This document shows positions 10,404 through 20,874 of a stretch of 64,000 nucleotides of DNA, in pieces. Source of the DNA: an uncultured Planctomycetaceae bacterium (GTDB lineage: Bacteria; Planctomycetota; Planctomycetia; Isosphaerales; Isosphaeraceae); contig CAWIAD010000002.1 of assembly GCA_963833985.1 (NCBI GenBank), forward strand, positions 5,664,001 through 5,728,000, written 5' to 3'. The position numbers were made by a program, and so were the translations under genes. The notes below the pieces were generated by a model that did no database searches, had not been told where the DNA came from, and was given only the letters and a program-made list of their open reading frames with translations. Position 1 is the first letter of the stretch, and each line of letters opens with the position of its first letter.

Positions 10404-11501
10404 ATGAATGCCATGAGACAGCCCATTTCCGCAGACAGTCCGCGCCAGGCGAAGGGGTTCACGCTGATCGAGCTCCTGGTCGTCATCGCCATCATCGCGG
10501 TCTTGATCTCGTTGCTCCTGCCGGCCGTTCAGAGTGCTCGCGAGGCCGCCCGGCGCGCCCAGTGCGTGAATAACCTCAAGCAACTGGCCCTGGCGGCCGC
10601 CAACTATGAATCGGCCAATGGCACGCTCCCCACGGGGAACTACTGGACGCTCAGCCTCAAGAGCCCCGGGTCCTACACGTACGGGCCCAGCGTTTTCGTG
10701 AACATGATGTCGTACTACGAGCAGGGCCAAACGTTCAATGCGTTCAACTTCAACATGGGCTGGGAAGCCCCGATGAATGCGACCGTTGCGGGGATCGGCA
10801 TCTCCGCGCTCTGGTGCCCCAGCGATGCCTCGGTCGGTACCGGCTATCAGCTCTCCGCGTCGCTGGGGTCCCAGTTCTACAGCACCAACGGCATGCCGGT
10901 CACGCAGCAATTCATCAGCTACGCGGGCTGCGAGGGAACCTGGGCCCAGTACGAAACGCCCAACGACGGCATGACCACGTTCAACGCCTGGGTCGCCGCC
11001 AGCAATGGCCTGATCTATTCCGGAGCCGTCACGCGCATCGCGTCGATCACCGATGGCACCAGCAACACGATCCTCTTCGGCGAGCGCGCTCACGGGCTCT
11101 TTGGAGGATCCGATGCCCCGTTCTATTACTGGTGGAACTCGGGCTGGTGGGGTGATACCTTCTTCGACACCCTGTTCCCCATCAATCCCATCAAGACGCT
11201 TTCGGGGCAGATGGACCTGAACGACCCGAATAACACCTATGGCGGCTGGTGGTGGGTTCCCCTCGAGGGTGCCTCCAGCTTCCACCCCGGCGGTGCGAAT
11301 TTCGCGTTCACCGACGGCTCGGTCCGGTTCTTGAAGGATTCGATCTCCACGTGGAAGAATGACCCGAACAACTACGGCGACCCCGTCGGCGTAACCTACG
11401 GGCCCTACAGCCAGTATCAGTGGGGCAACAGCAGGCCCCAGATCTACCAGGCACTTTCCACACGAGCCGGGGGTGAAGTGATCAGCAGCGACCAGTACTG
11501 A
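10404..11501 (+). CDS. DUF1559 prepilin-type N-terminal cleavage/methylation domain protein
   Basis: GFTLIELLVVIAIIAVLISLLLPAVQSAREAARRAQCVNNLKQ; ITDGTSNT; SFHPGGANFAFTDGSVRF. Confidence 0.97.
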   Translation: MNAMRQPISADSPRQAKGFTLIELLVVIAIIAVLISLLLPAVQSAREAARRAQCVNNLKQLALAAANYESANGTLPTGNYWTLSLKSPGSYTYGPSVFVNMMSYYEQGQTFNAFNFNMGWEAPMNATVAGIGISALWCPSDASVGTGYQLSASLGSQFYSTNGMPVTQQFISYAGCEGTWAQYETPNDGMTTFNAWVAASNGLIYSGAVTRIASITDGTSNTILFGERAHGLFGGSDAPFYYWWNSGWWGDTFFDTLFPINPIKTLSGQMDLNDPNNTYGGWWWVPLEGASSFHPGGANFAFTDGSVRFLKDSISTWKNDPNNYGDPVGVTYGPYSQYQWGNSRPQIYQALSTRAGGEVISSDQY

Positions 11502-11888
11502 GCTGAAACCTGACCAGGCCACGTCGCACGCTGATTCCCGCGGCCGGTCCATGATCGGCACCGATCGCGGGCGAACGCGTACGGGTGTCTCCGTTCGCTC
11601 AGGGCCGCGCGCGGCTGCCGGCGCTTGTATCTGGCGTTCCGATCTGTATCTGGCGTTCCGATCTGCGCCGAGTCAGACAGGCATGATCGTGACGGACACG
11701 ATGAACACGAGGGTGGCTGCTGCACTCCTGCGCGGCCACGTCAGGGACGACTCTCTTGATCTTTGGTGGACTGGCGCGTCAGATGGGTGCCTGGGCTTCA
11801 ACCTGCGTCGCCTCGTGATGTGCGACGCAGGCGGTCACCCCATCGTTGAAGGCCTGTAAAATGTCGCGTCCGGTTGCGAGGCTGCTTG

Positions 11889-12176
11889 ATGGCTGAGCTG
11901 AATATCGCAATCAAGCATGGTCAGAGCATCACCGCGGCGCACGCGAATTTCGAGAAGGCGATCACGGCGGCCCAGGCAGAACACGGCCGCTGGATCCGGC
12001 AGGTTGAATGGTCGGCCGATCGCAGGTCGGCGGTTCTTTCGGGGCCCGCGTACCGGGTCACACTCAGCTTCGACGAGCAGAACGTCTATGCCCGGGGAAA
12101 CGTCCCGCTGGCATTCAAGATGCTGGAGGCGCCGGTGCGGCGGTTTGTCGAGCATGTCCTGGCACGGGGCACGTGA
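11889..12176 (+). CDS. Polyhydroxyalkanoic acid system (PHA_gran_rgn-like) small protein
   Basis: MAELNIAIKHGQS...VEWSADR pattern, about 95 aa. Confidence 0.6.
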   Translation: MAELNIAIKHGQSITAAHANFEKAITAAQAEHGRWIRQVEWSADRRSAVLSGPAYRVTLSFDEQNVYARGNVPLAFKMLEAPVRRFVEHVLARGT

Positions 12177-12246
12177 GCCCGCCGCCATCTCGGCGAGTCC
12201 GCGACGCTGCGCAAGTCAGGGGCATGGAGGGGAGCAGCCGTCCGGT

Positions 12247-12927
12247 TCATGCACCATCGGGTTCGACGCCCAGCTCACGGAGCCTGGCCGCCAGCCGATC
12301 GGCTCGGGCGCGTTCTGCTTCAGCGCGAAGTCGTTCTGCGAGGGCGTTGTCCACCAACTGCTGGTGGGAGAGAAAAGGCTGGCCGTCGGGGTGGAGGATG
12401 CGCAGGTTGTCGGATCCTGCGCCGGGCTCGAAGCGGATCTGGAGCCGCGGGCTGACGTGGCCGCGCATCGGGACGATCTCTTGCAGGCCAGCAGGTCCGC
12501 GCCGGAATCCGAGCAGGAGTCCGTCTTCGGGGTTGTAGACGTAGTATTCCTCGACGCCGTACTTTTCGTAGAAGCGCAGCTTGCGTGTCATCTCATCGGG
12601 CCGGTTGCCTGGCGAGAGGATCTCGAAGACGACGTGTGGGGGCATGCCGGCCTCTTCCCACTGCTTGTAGGAGCCGCGTTCCCCTTTGGGGCGACCGCAG
12701 ACGACCATGACGTCGGGAGCCTGGCGGATCTTGGGCTGTCCTTCCTCTGCATACCAGAGCAGGTCTCCGGCGACGAAGACATTGGGATCCTGCCGGAAGA
12801 GTGATTCGAGGTTTTCCTTGATCAGGACAATCCACTTGAACTGGAGGGTATTTTCGGACATGGGCTGACCATCATCGTCAGGATAGAGGACCTGCGACTG
12901 CGGAGGCTGAGTGAAAGTGGCCTTCAT
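12247..12927 (-). CDS. Uma2 family (DUF820) PD-(D/E)XK endonuclease, copy 1 (226 aa)
   Basis: YPDDDGQPMSENTLQF, APDVMV, VVFEILSPGN, YGVEEYYVYNP; one extra tail heptad. Confidence 0.93.
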   Translation of the reverse strand: MKATFTQPPQSQVLYPDDDGQPMSENTLQFKWIVLIKENLESLFRQDPNVFVAGDLLWYAEEGQPKIRQAPDVMVVCGRPKGERGSYKQWEEAGMPPHVVFEILSPGNRPDEMTRKLRFYEKYGVEEYYVYNPEDGLLLGFRRGPAGLQEIVPMRGHVSPRLQIRFEPGAGSDNLRILHPDGQPFLSHQQLVDNALAERLRAEAERARADRLAARLRELGVEPDGA

Positions 12928-13116
12928 GAGACACCGGGCCTCGGGGCTGGTAGGAGGATAGTCTCCTCTTCAGTGTGCCACGTGATGGAGATCTGGACCA
13001 GATGGGGTCACGAAACGCGGCGCGAGGGCGTGCTGGATTCTGGCGATGACGTTGGGCCGCGTGACCTTCAGCAACTCTGTGCGAGTCAGGGGCATGGAGG
13101 GGAGCAGCCGTCGGGT

Positions 13117-13776
13117 TCATGCACCATCGGGTTCGACGCCCAGCTCACGGAGCCTGGCCGCCAGCCGATCGGCTCGGGCGCGTTCTGCGAGGGCGTTGTC
13201 CACCAACTGCTGGTGGGAGAGAAAAGGCTGGCCGTCGGGGTGGAGGATGCGCAGGTTGTCGGATCCTGCGCCGGGCTCGAAGCGGATCTGGAGCCGCGGG
13301 CTGACGTGGCCGCGCATCGGGACGATCTCTTGCAGGCCAGCAGGTCCGCGCCGGAATCCGAGCAGGAGTCCGTCTTCGGGGTTGTAGACGTAGTATTCCT
13401 CGACGCCGTACTTTTCGTAGAAGCGCAGCTTGCGTGTCATCTCATCGGGCCGGTTGCCTGGCGAGAGGATCTCGAAGACGACGTGTGGGGGCATGCCGGC
13501 CTCTTCCCACTGCTTGTAGGAGCCGCGTTCCCCTTTGGGGCGACCGCAGACGACCATGACGTCGGGAGCCTGGCGGATCTTGGGCTGTCCTTCCTCTGCA
13601 TACCAGAGCAGGTCTCCGGCGACGAAGACATTGGGATCCTGCCGGAAGAGTGATTCGAGGTTTTCCTTGATCAGGACAATCCACTTGAACTGGAGGGTAT
13701 TTTCGGACATGGGCTGACCATCATCGTCAGGGTAGAGGACCTGCGACTGCGGAGGCTGAGTGAAAGTGGCCTTCAT
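13117..13776 (-). CDS. Uma2 family endonuclease, copy 2 (219 aa)
   Basis: Identical nuclease domain; no extra tail heptad. Confidence 0.93.
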   Translation of the reverse strand: MKATFTQPPQSQVLYPDDDGQPMSENTLQFKWIVLIKENLESLFRQDPNVFVAGDLLWYAEEGQPKIRQAPDVMVVCGRPKGERGSYKQWEEAGMPPHVVFEILSPGNRPDEMTRKLRFYEKYGVEEYYVYNPEDGLLLGFRRGPAGLQEIVPMRGHVSPRLQIRFEPGAGSDNLRILHPDGQPFLSHQQLVDNALAERARADRLAARLRELGVEPDGA

Positions 13777-13965
13777 GAGACACCGGGCCTCGGGGCTGGT
13801 AGGAGGATAGTCTCCTCTTCAGTGTGCCACGTGATGGAGATCTGGACCAGATGGGGTCACGAAACGCTGCGCGAGGGCGTGCTGGATTCTGGCGATGACG
13901 TTGGGCCGCGTGACCTTCAGCAACTCTGTGCAAGTCAGGGTCATGGAGGGGAGCAGCCGTCGGGT

Positions 13966-14730
13966 TCATGCACCATCGGGTTCGACGCCCAGCTCACGGA
14001 GCCTGGCCGCCAGCCGATCGGCTCGGGCGCGTTCTTCCTCGGCTCGCAGCCGTTCTGCTTCTGCGCGAAGTCGTTCTTCCTCAGCACGTGCGTGTTCTTC
14101 CCTGGCTCGGGCGCGTTCTGTTTCAGCGCGAAGTCGTTCTGCGAGGGCGTTGTCCACCAACTGCTGGTGGGAGAGAAAAGGCTGGCCGTCGGGGTGGAGG
14201 ATGCGCAGGTTGTCGGATCCTGCGCCGGGCTCGAAGCGGATCTGGAGCCGCGGGCTGACGTGGCCGCGCATCGGGACGATCTCTTGCAGGCCAGCAGGTC
14301 CGCGCCGGAATCCGAGCAGGAGTCCGTCTTCGGGGTTGTAGACGTAGTATTCCTCGACGCCGTACTTTTCGTAGAAGCGCAGCTTGCGTGTCATCTCATC
14401 GGGCCGGTTGCCTGGCGAGAGGATCTCGAAGACGACGTGTGGGGGCATGCCGGCCTCTTCCCACTGCTTGTAGGAGCCGCGTTCCCCTTTGGGGCGACCG
14501 CAGACGACCATGACGTCGGGAGCCTGGCGGATCTTGGGCTGTCCTTCCTCTGCATACCAGAGCAGGTCTCCGGCGACGAAGACATTGGGATCCTGCCGGA
14601 AGAGTGATTCGAGGTTTTCCTTGATCAGGACAATCCACTTGAACTGGAGGGTATTTTCGGACATGGGCTGACCATCATCGTCAGGGTAGAGGACCTGCGA
14701 CTGCGGAGGCTGAGTGAAAGTGGCCTTCAT
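13966..14730 (-). CDS. Uma2 family endonuclease, copy 3 (254 aa)
   Basis: Identical nuclease domain; five extra tail heptads. Confidence 0.93.
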   Translation of the reverse strand: MKATFTQPPQSQVLYPDDDGQPMSENTLQFKWIVLIKENLESLFRQDPNVFVAGDLLWYAEEGQPKIRQAPDVMVVCGRPKGERGSYKQWEEAGMPPHVVFEILSPGNRPDEMTRKLRFYEKYGVEEYYVYNPEDGLLLGFRRGPAGLQEIVPMRGHVSPRLQIRFEPGAGSDNLRILHPDGQPFLSHQQLVDNALAERLRAETERARAREEHARAEEERLRAEAERLRAEEERARADRLAARLRELGVEPDGA

Positions 14731-14821
14731 GAGACACCGGGCCTCGGGGCTGGTAGGAGGATAGTCTCCTCTTCAGTGTGCCACGTGATGGAGATCTGGA
14801 CCAGATGGGGTCACCAAACGC

Positions 14822-15372
14822 TCGAGGAAGGTCGGAGAACTGCCGAGTTTGATGCCTATCGGGACCTCTTCGAAGCGGGCGATGTGATCACTCATCTGAA
14901 TGGCACACCGACGCCCACCCTGGCGGAATTCGGGAAGGTTGTCGGTCGCTTGCTGTACGCACGCGCACCCGGCGGAGACGGTGTGGATCAGAACGCAACT
15001 GCGCCTGGGTCGTTCGCCGGGGAGTGGGTCAGTGTGGGGATCCGGCGAGGGGACGTCGATTCGACGGTTCGGATCCCCAGGATTCATTCCGTCGTCCAGG
15101 GGGGGGCTGGACTGGCACTCCAATCTCCTGAGCTTGCGTCGGGAGTCTTTTCGACAGTCTTCGCACACGATTTCCGTCTCCGCCCCGAGGAGTGCGGTGG
15201 CCCGGTGGTCGATCTGGCTGGGCACGTCGTGGGGCTGAACATCGCGCGTGCCGACGCAACAAGAACCCTCGCGATACCGGCCGATGTGGTGCAAGCAGTC
15301 ATCAAGGCCCTGCGCAGCCAGGCCGCTCAGCGGCGCGACGGTCTGACGCACATCGGCCCACGAACCCGATGA
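14822..15372 (+). pseudogene. N-terminally truncated PDZ + trypsin-like (S1C) protein
   Basis: FEAGDVITHLNG (PDZ); HDFRLRPEECGGPVVDLAGHVVGLNIARA (S1 C-terminal); begins at the Uma2 repeat boundary. Confidence 0.6.
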
Positions 15373-15418
15373 CTCCGAAAGTCGTTCCGTACCCGGGTTG
15401 ACAGGAGGGAATGCCATC

Positions 15419-15778
15419 GTGGACAAGGTGAACATCGCGCAGAAGCTCGCCCTGATCGACGCGCATTGGAGCCCCAGGATTGTTGGCGAGCTGAACGGGC
15501 AGCACGTCAAGCTGGTGAAGTTTCAGGGCGCGTTCGTCTGGCATGCCCATGAGCACGAGGACGAGCTGTTCCTGGTGATCCAGGGGAGATTCCGGATGGA
15601 GCTCCGGGATCGTCAGGTCTGGCTGGAGGAGGGCGAGTTCCTCATTGTCCCCCGCGGCGTCGAGCATCGCCCGGTCGCGGAAGAGGAGGTTCATGTCCTC
15701 CTGTTCGAGCCGGTGGGGACATTGAACACCGGAAATGGGCCGGACGAGCGGACGATCGAAAAGCCCGAGTGGATTTGA
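15419..15778 (+). CDS. Cupin domain protein
   Basis: FVWHAHEHEDELF...IVPRGVEHRP; AGGAGG RBS before GTG 15419. Confidence 0.9.
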   Translation: MDKVNIAQKLALIDAHWSPRIVGELNGQHVKLVKFQGAFVWHAHEHEDELFLVIQGRFRMELRDRQVWLEEGEFLIVPRGVEHRPVAEEEVHVLLFEPVGTLNTGNGPDERTIEKPEWI

Positions 15779-15886
15779 GACCGAGTGGCACGTATCATGG
15801 CGACAGGCGGGGCCGCTCTCGTTCGAGTGTCCACCGGGAACAGCCACTTCGATCGGATCCGAGAGATGGCAACGGGCCGATCCGGA

Positions 15887-16975
15887 TCAGCGGGGAACCT
15901 TGACGAGCCGAGGTTCCCATGACTGATCCACGCTCGTTCGCGCGACCACCCATCCCCCGCGTGCCAGCTTGAGCCGGTTGGTCAATGCGCTCAGAGACTC
16001 CCTGGGCTGGCCCGGAGCGGAGAAAACGGCAATCGCCCGCTCGCCAGGGAGTGCCTCGCCCTGGGGCGGTCGCAGGAAGAGGCTGAGGCCGGTTGAGAGC
16101 CAGGACTGGTCGCGGCGGAAGTTCTCGGCCCAGAGGGCGACGGCCACAGGGCCCGGCGTCGCTTTCAATAAAGGATTCCAGGCACGTCGATAGCTCGGCC
16201 AGCACGTCCCCCTCGCGCACGCGACCGTACCGCAGAGGCCGGTTCCCCCGGCGGCTCCTGGCAGGTCGACCGTCTCGCACTCGGTGACCCAGACGGGGAT
16301 CACCTGCTTACCTGGGTGGCGTCCCTGGACGTCGGATACGAGCCGCGCGGCAGTCTCTTCGCCGGGCGTCAGCGGTGCCGTGGACGGTGCGCCGTAATCA
16401 AGGGCCCACCGGCACTGGTCGTTGCCGCAGCCGCAGGACGACGGCCCGCACTGAAGGTCGGCAAGGAAGGCGCCCGCCCACACGCCAGGCAACCCGCCGA
16501 GCAAGGTCGAGAGCCGACGGCGGTGGGCCTCGAACGCGGGAGCGTAACCGATCGGGACCCATGGCCAGACCTTCACGACCTCCCCTGCCCTCGGTCGCGG
16601 CGCGTCGGGAAATCGCCGTCGCCAGTCGTCGTGGTGACCACCCGGAGAGGCCATCCATTCGGGGTGCGCGTCGGCGAGCGCCGGGTTGCGCGCTACCTCG
16701 ATCCAGGCGAAGAGATCAAGCCCCGCACGCCCCGCGGACTCGGACAGCTCCAACCACCGTTGCCGGGGGAGAGATTCCTCGAGCACGACCACAACGGCGT
16801 TTCCTCCCTCCCTTTTCCATTCCATGAAGGCTTGAGACGTCGCCATCCCGGCGCTGATCAGCAGGCCGCGAATCGGCCGGGAAGCCGGCGGTTCCGCTGC
16901 GCGGAGCGTTCCCGCAGCCGAGACAACCGTGCTGAGCAGCATCACGGCCGCAATGGAAGTTCGACGCTGGTGCAT
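15887..16975 (-). CDS. Secreted hypothetical protein (Cys-rich, possibly TIM-barrel)
   Basis: Signal peptide; 362-aa ORF with SSCGCGNDQCRW. Confidence 0.7.
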   Translation of the reverse strand: MHQRRTSIAAVMLLSTVVSAAGTLRAAEPPASRPIRGLLISAGMATSQAFMEWKREGGNAVVVVLEESLPRQRWLELSESAGRAGLDLFAWIEVARNPALADAHPEWMASPGGHHDDWRRRFPDAPRPRAGEVVKVWPWVPIGYAPAFEAHRRRLSTLLGGLPGVWAGAFLADLQCGPSSCGCGNDQCRWALDYGAPSTAPLTPGEETAARLVSDVQGRHPGKQVIPVWVTECETVDLPGAAGGTGLCGTVACARGTCWPSYRRAWNPLLKATPGPVAVALWAENFRRDQSWLSTGLSLFLRPPQGEALPGERAIAVFSAPGQPRESLSALTNRLKLARGGWVVARTSVDQSWEPRLVKVPR

Positions 16976-17077
16976 GATTCATCCTCTCTGGTGGTTCGCC
17001 TCATGGAATCTTACACTGGCGCTCGTTCCGGTGGAGCAGTGTTCTCCCGTCCCATCACAAGCCTCGGAGTTGACGTC

Positions 17078-18097
17078 ATGCTTGTCATTGGTGTGCTTCT
17101 CTCCAGCCTGGCGCTCGGGCCGGCCGACGGCGGGGAGGCCAGGACGGACTTCCGGCCCGATCTCTTCCGGACGTTGATCAACCCGGCCTGCTCGCATTGC
17201 GTGGATGAAGCGCGCCGGAAGGCCGGTGAACTGCGCGATGATGACCGGGTGCTCGCCTGGGTACGGGGCAAGTACGACGGCGGTGCCATCCCGTTCCGCT
17301 GGTTCCTGGTGCCGTACCGCGTGATCAGCGACACCTACGGGGTCTTCGTGTACGACGCCGACGCCGGCTTCGTGCGCGGCTACCCGGCATCGCTCGACTA
17401 CCGGTTCCACGGCTGGCGCAATGGCGTGATGGTGATGCGTCATCAGGACGGAACGCTCTTCGACTGCCTCACGGGCGAGGCGTTCGATGGCCCCCACAAG
17501 GGTGAGCACCTCACGCCCATCGCCACGATCGAGACGAACTGGGGCCCGTGGCTGAAATCGAGCCCCGGCACGGTGGCCTACCAGATGCTTCCGAAGTACC
17601 AGCCCCAGGCTCTCCCACGAGTTGTTTCGTCGGAGTCGAGCCGAACGCGACTGGCCCCCGACCGACGGCTCGACCCGGAGGAACGCGTGCTGGGCCTGTC
17701 ACTGGGTGAGTCGAGTGATGCCTGGCCCCTGAGAAGCTTCGGTGACCGAGATACCGTACGGCATGTACAGGTTGGCGGGCGGAGCGTGACACTGCTCTGG
17801 GACGGCCAGACCGGTACGGCCGTCGCGTATGCCCCCGAGACCGAGGGCACGCCGCAGCGGACGATCACGCTCGCGATCGACGGAGCGGGTTCAGCGGGTT
17901 CGGAGGTCCCCTGGTTCGACAAGGAGACCGGCTCGCGCTGGTCGATCGCCGGCCGCGCTGTCTCCGGTCCGCTCAAGGGTAAGACCCTCAAGTGGCTCCC
18001 GGGCGTGATGGTGAAATGGTACGCCTGGTCGGCCAGCTATCCGCGGACCGCGATCGCGGGCAGTCCGGCGGCCGTTCACACGAGCACTCGAGATTGA
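17078..18097 (+). CDS. DUF3179 domain secreted protein
   Basis: CSHC motif; DCLTGEAFDGPHKGEHL and DKETGSRWSIAGRAVSGPLKG...WYAWSASYP repeats. Confidence 0.75.
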   Translation: MLVIGVLLSSLALGPADGGEARTDFRPDLFRTLINPACSHCVDEARRKAGELRDDDRVLAWVRGKYDGGAIPFRWFLVPYRVISDTYGVFVYDADAGFVRGYPASLDYRFHGWRNGVMVMRHQDGTLFDCLTGEAFDGPHKGEHLTPIATIETNWGPWLKSSPGTVAYQMLPKYQPQALPRVVSSESSRTRLAPDRRLDPEERVLGLSLGESSDAWPLRSFGDRDTVRHVQVGGRSVTLLWDGQTGTAVAYAPETEGTPQRTITLAIDGAGSAGSEVPWFDKETGSRWSIAGRAVSGPLKGKTLKWLPGVMVKWYAWSASYPRTAIAGSPAAVHTSTRD

Positions 18098-18139
18098 CGG
18101 GGGCGTCGCCCCACTCGGCTCGCGTGACGGAGACAAGAC

Positions 18140-20520
18140 CTATGGCCCCGCCACGTCCAGCTCGACCGACTTCACCTCGGCCGAGCTGCCGCCGATCATC
18201 AGCCGGAAGCGGCCAGGTTCGACGACGCGTTTCAGTTCCGGCCCGTGATAGGAGAGCTGCTCCGGACCAACCTCGAACGTCACGGTGCGCCGTTCGCCGG
18301 GTGCCAGCGTGATCCGCCGGAAGCCCTTCAGCTCCATCACCGGCCGGGTGGCGCGGCTCACCTCGTCGCGAATGTAGAGCTGGACGATCTCGTCGCCGGC
18401 CCTCTTCCCGGTGTTGGCCACTTCCACGGAGGCCGTGGCCCGGCCGCTCATCGGGATTCGGGCAGGCGAGACCGTGGGCGTGGAGTATGCGAAGGTGGTG
18501 TACGAAAGGCCGTGACCGAACGGAAAGAGCGGCCGGGTGGAGTCGAACAGGTAACCGCGTAGCGCCGTGGGCTTGTGGTTGTAGAAAAGCGGAAGCTGGC
18601 CCACGCCGCGGGGGAAGCTGACGGGGAGCTTGCCGCCCGGGTTCACGTCGCCGAAGAGCACCTCGGCCACTGCGGTGCCACCCTCCTGCCCCGGGTACCA
18701 GCACTCCAGAATCGCCGGGGCACGCTCGGCCAGCTCCGGGATGGCGGGGGGCCGGCCATTGATCAGCACCAGCACCGTCGGCTTGCCGGTGTCCAGCACC
18801 GCGCGCACCAGGTCTTCTTGCTGTCCCACCAGGTGCAGATCCGACCGGTCGCCCAGGTGATTCTCGGCGTATGCCTCACGCGACGTCTGCTCGTTATCTC
18901 CGACCACGACGATGGCCTGGTCGCTCTCTCGCGCAGCGCCACCGCCTCGGCGATGCGGCGCCTGTTGGCGTCCGGGTCCGCGAGCACAACGCGGTCGGCC
19001 GACGACCGGGCACGCGAGCGAGTCCCGCCGACGAGCGGCTGCGGGCCACTGGTAAACGTCGAGTCCTCCGTGATGCGCACTCCCTCCGCGTGAGCGACGG
19101 TGGCGTCCGCTCCCAGCCGCTTGCGGATCCCCTCCAGGATGCTCACCGAGTGCCGCGGCACGCCGGCATAGCCGCCCAGCATCACCTCGGCAGCGTGCGG
19201 GCCGATCACCGCCACGCGGCGCGCCTGGCTGGCCTGCAAGGGAAGCAGCCCGCCCCGGTTCTGGAGCAGCACGATCGCCTGGCGCACCGCCTCCAGAGCC
19301 AGGCCCCGGCTCTGGACCGAACCGGAGATCTCATCGGCGTGGGCCGGGTCCACGTACGGGTCCTCGAACAGGCCCAGCTCGAACTTGTCGCGTAGCAGCC
19401 GCCGTACGGCGTCATTGATGGCGGCCTCGGGCACGGTTCCGGTCTTCACCTGCTCGACCAGGGTGAAATAGGTCTCCACGTCGGGAAGCTCCACGTCCAC
19501 CGTCGCTTCGAGTGCCTGCCGCGCTGCACCGGCGGCGTCCGCGGCCACGTGATGACGACCGGCAAGCTCGCTGATGGCCCGCCAGTCCGAGACGATGGTG
19601 CCGTCAAACCCCCACTCCCCGCGCAGCACGCCGTGGAGCATCCAGCGGTTCGCATGCGAGGGAATGCCGTCGACCTCGTTGTACGAGGGCATGAGGCTGC
19701 GCGCGTGCCCCTGCTTCACGGCCACCTCGAACGGGGGGAAGAAGAACTCGCGCAGCGTCCGCTCGCCCAGGGGCGCCGGGCCCACGTTCGTCCCGGACTC
19801 CGGCTGGCCGTGCCCGGTCATGTGCTTGAGCGTGGCCATGACGTGCTGGGCCGGGATCGTCGGGCCGCCCCCTTGCAGGCCGCGCACCGCCGCCAGGCCC
19901 ATTTGTCCCGCCAGGTACGGATCCTCGCCGTAGGTCTCCTCGATGCGCCCCCAGCGCGGGTCGCGTGCCACGTCCACCACCGGAGCCAGCACCTGGTGCG
20001 CACCCCGGGCCCGCACCTCCCGTGCGACCACGGTGAAGGCACGCTCCACCAGGTCCGGGTTCCATGTGCTGGCCAGGGCAATGGCCTGGGGAAAGCTGGT
20101 CGCCTCCGGCCCTTGCAGGCCATGCAGCGACTCCTCGTGGAAGATCACGGGGATGCCCAGGCGTGTGCGCTCCTTCACCCAGCGCTGGATTGCGTTGATG
20201 AACTCCGCTTCCGCACGCGCCCCATGTCCGTCGCTGGGGCGCTCGATCCGGCCGATGCCCACCTGGAACCACTTCGGCGGATGGCTCGCGTCGAATCGCC
20301 CCTGGGCATCGGTGATCTGCGATTTGGCGGTCCAGAGGCACAACATCTGCGCCACCTTCTCCTCCAGCGTCATGCGCGAGAGGAGGTCCTGTACGCGTTG
20401 CGCCGTGGGGAGCGAGGGGTTGCGGTAGTCTGGCCGCGCTCCCTCGGTTTGCCCCCGGGCCGTCGCGGCAAGCAGGAGGGAACAGAGCACCAGAAGCCCC
20501 AGCAAGCGGTCGTATCTCAT
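18140..20520 (-). CDS. Glycoside hydrolase family 3 beta-glucosidase/xylosidase (apparent 1-nt frameshift near 18935)
   Basis: RDPRWGRIEETYGEDP, KHMTGHG, IVSDW; C-terminal Fn3-like domain is in ORF 18140..18907. Confidence 0.9.
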
Positions 20521-20874
20521 CAGGTCCTCGATACGGAAGAGGGGTGGTCGGGGATCACGCAAGGCCCCGCTTTCGGACGCGTGTTGCAGAAGCGGATCGG
20601 GGCCCTATGGCCCTCATGATATCGGACGGGAGGAGACCGTGTTACCGTCTCGCCCCTGGCCGCTCGAGGATCGTCGGCCGAACCGTGGTTCAACCCACGC
20701 TCGCGCCAGGCGGTCGCCCATCGCCCGAGGCAAGGTGGATTCGCCACGGACGCCTTGGGCCCAGTCGCAGAACCGGCGCGGGATCATCGCACCTGCCTTT
20801 TGCCGGCCCAGCCCTTGGGGTAGACTGCGCAGCATCCGTTTGATGCCGGGACTGTCAACGAAAGGAATGCCATC

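Larger units (their letters stand above)
12209..14821. repeat. Tandem triplication of a Uma2 gene unit (periods 870 and 849 bp)
   Basis: Near-identical gene and flanks repeated; gene ends at 12247, 13117 and 13966. Confidence 0.97.

Noticed and set aside
12970..13095. 41-aa minus-strand ORF (MPLTRTELLKVTRPNVIARIQHALA...) in the Uma2 spacer
   Set aside because: The SNPs between the two spacer copies are all non-synonymous in this frame and there is no clear RBS; not supportable as a gene.
12209..14821. Diversity-generating retroelement (TR/VR pair)
   Set aside because: No reverse transcriptase in the window; differences are 21-nt indels and a few SNPs, not adenine-specific substitutions.
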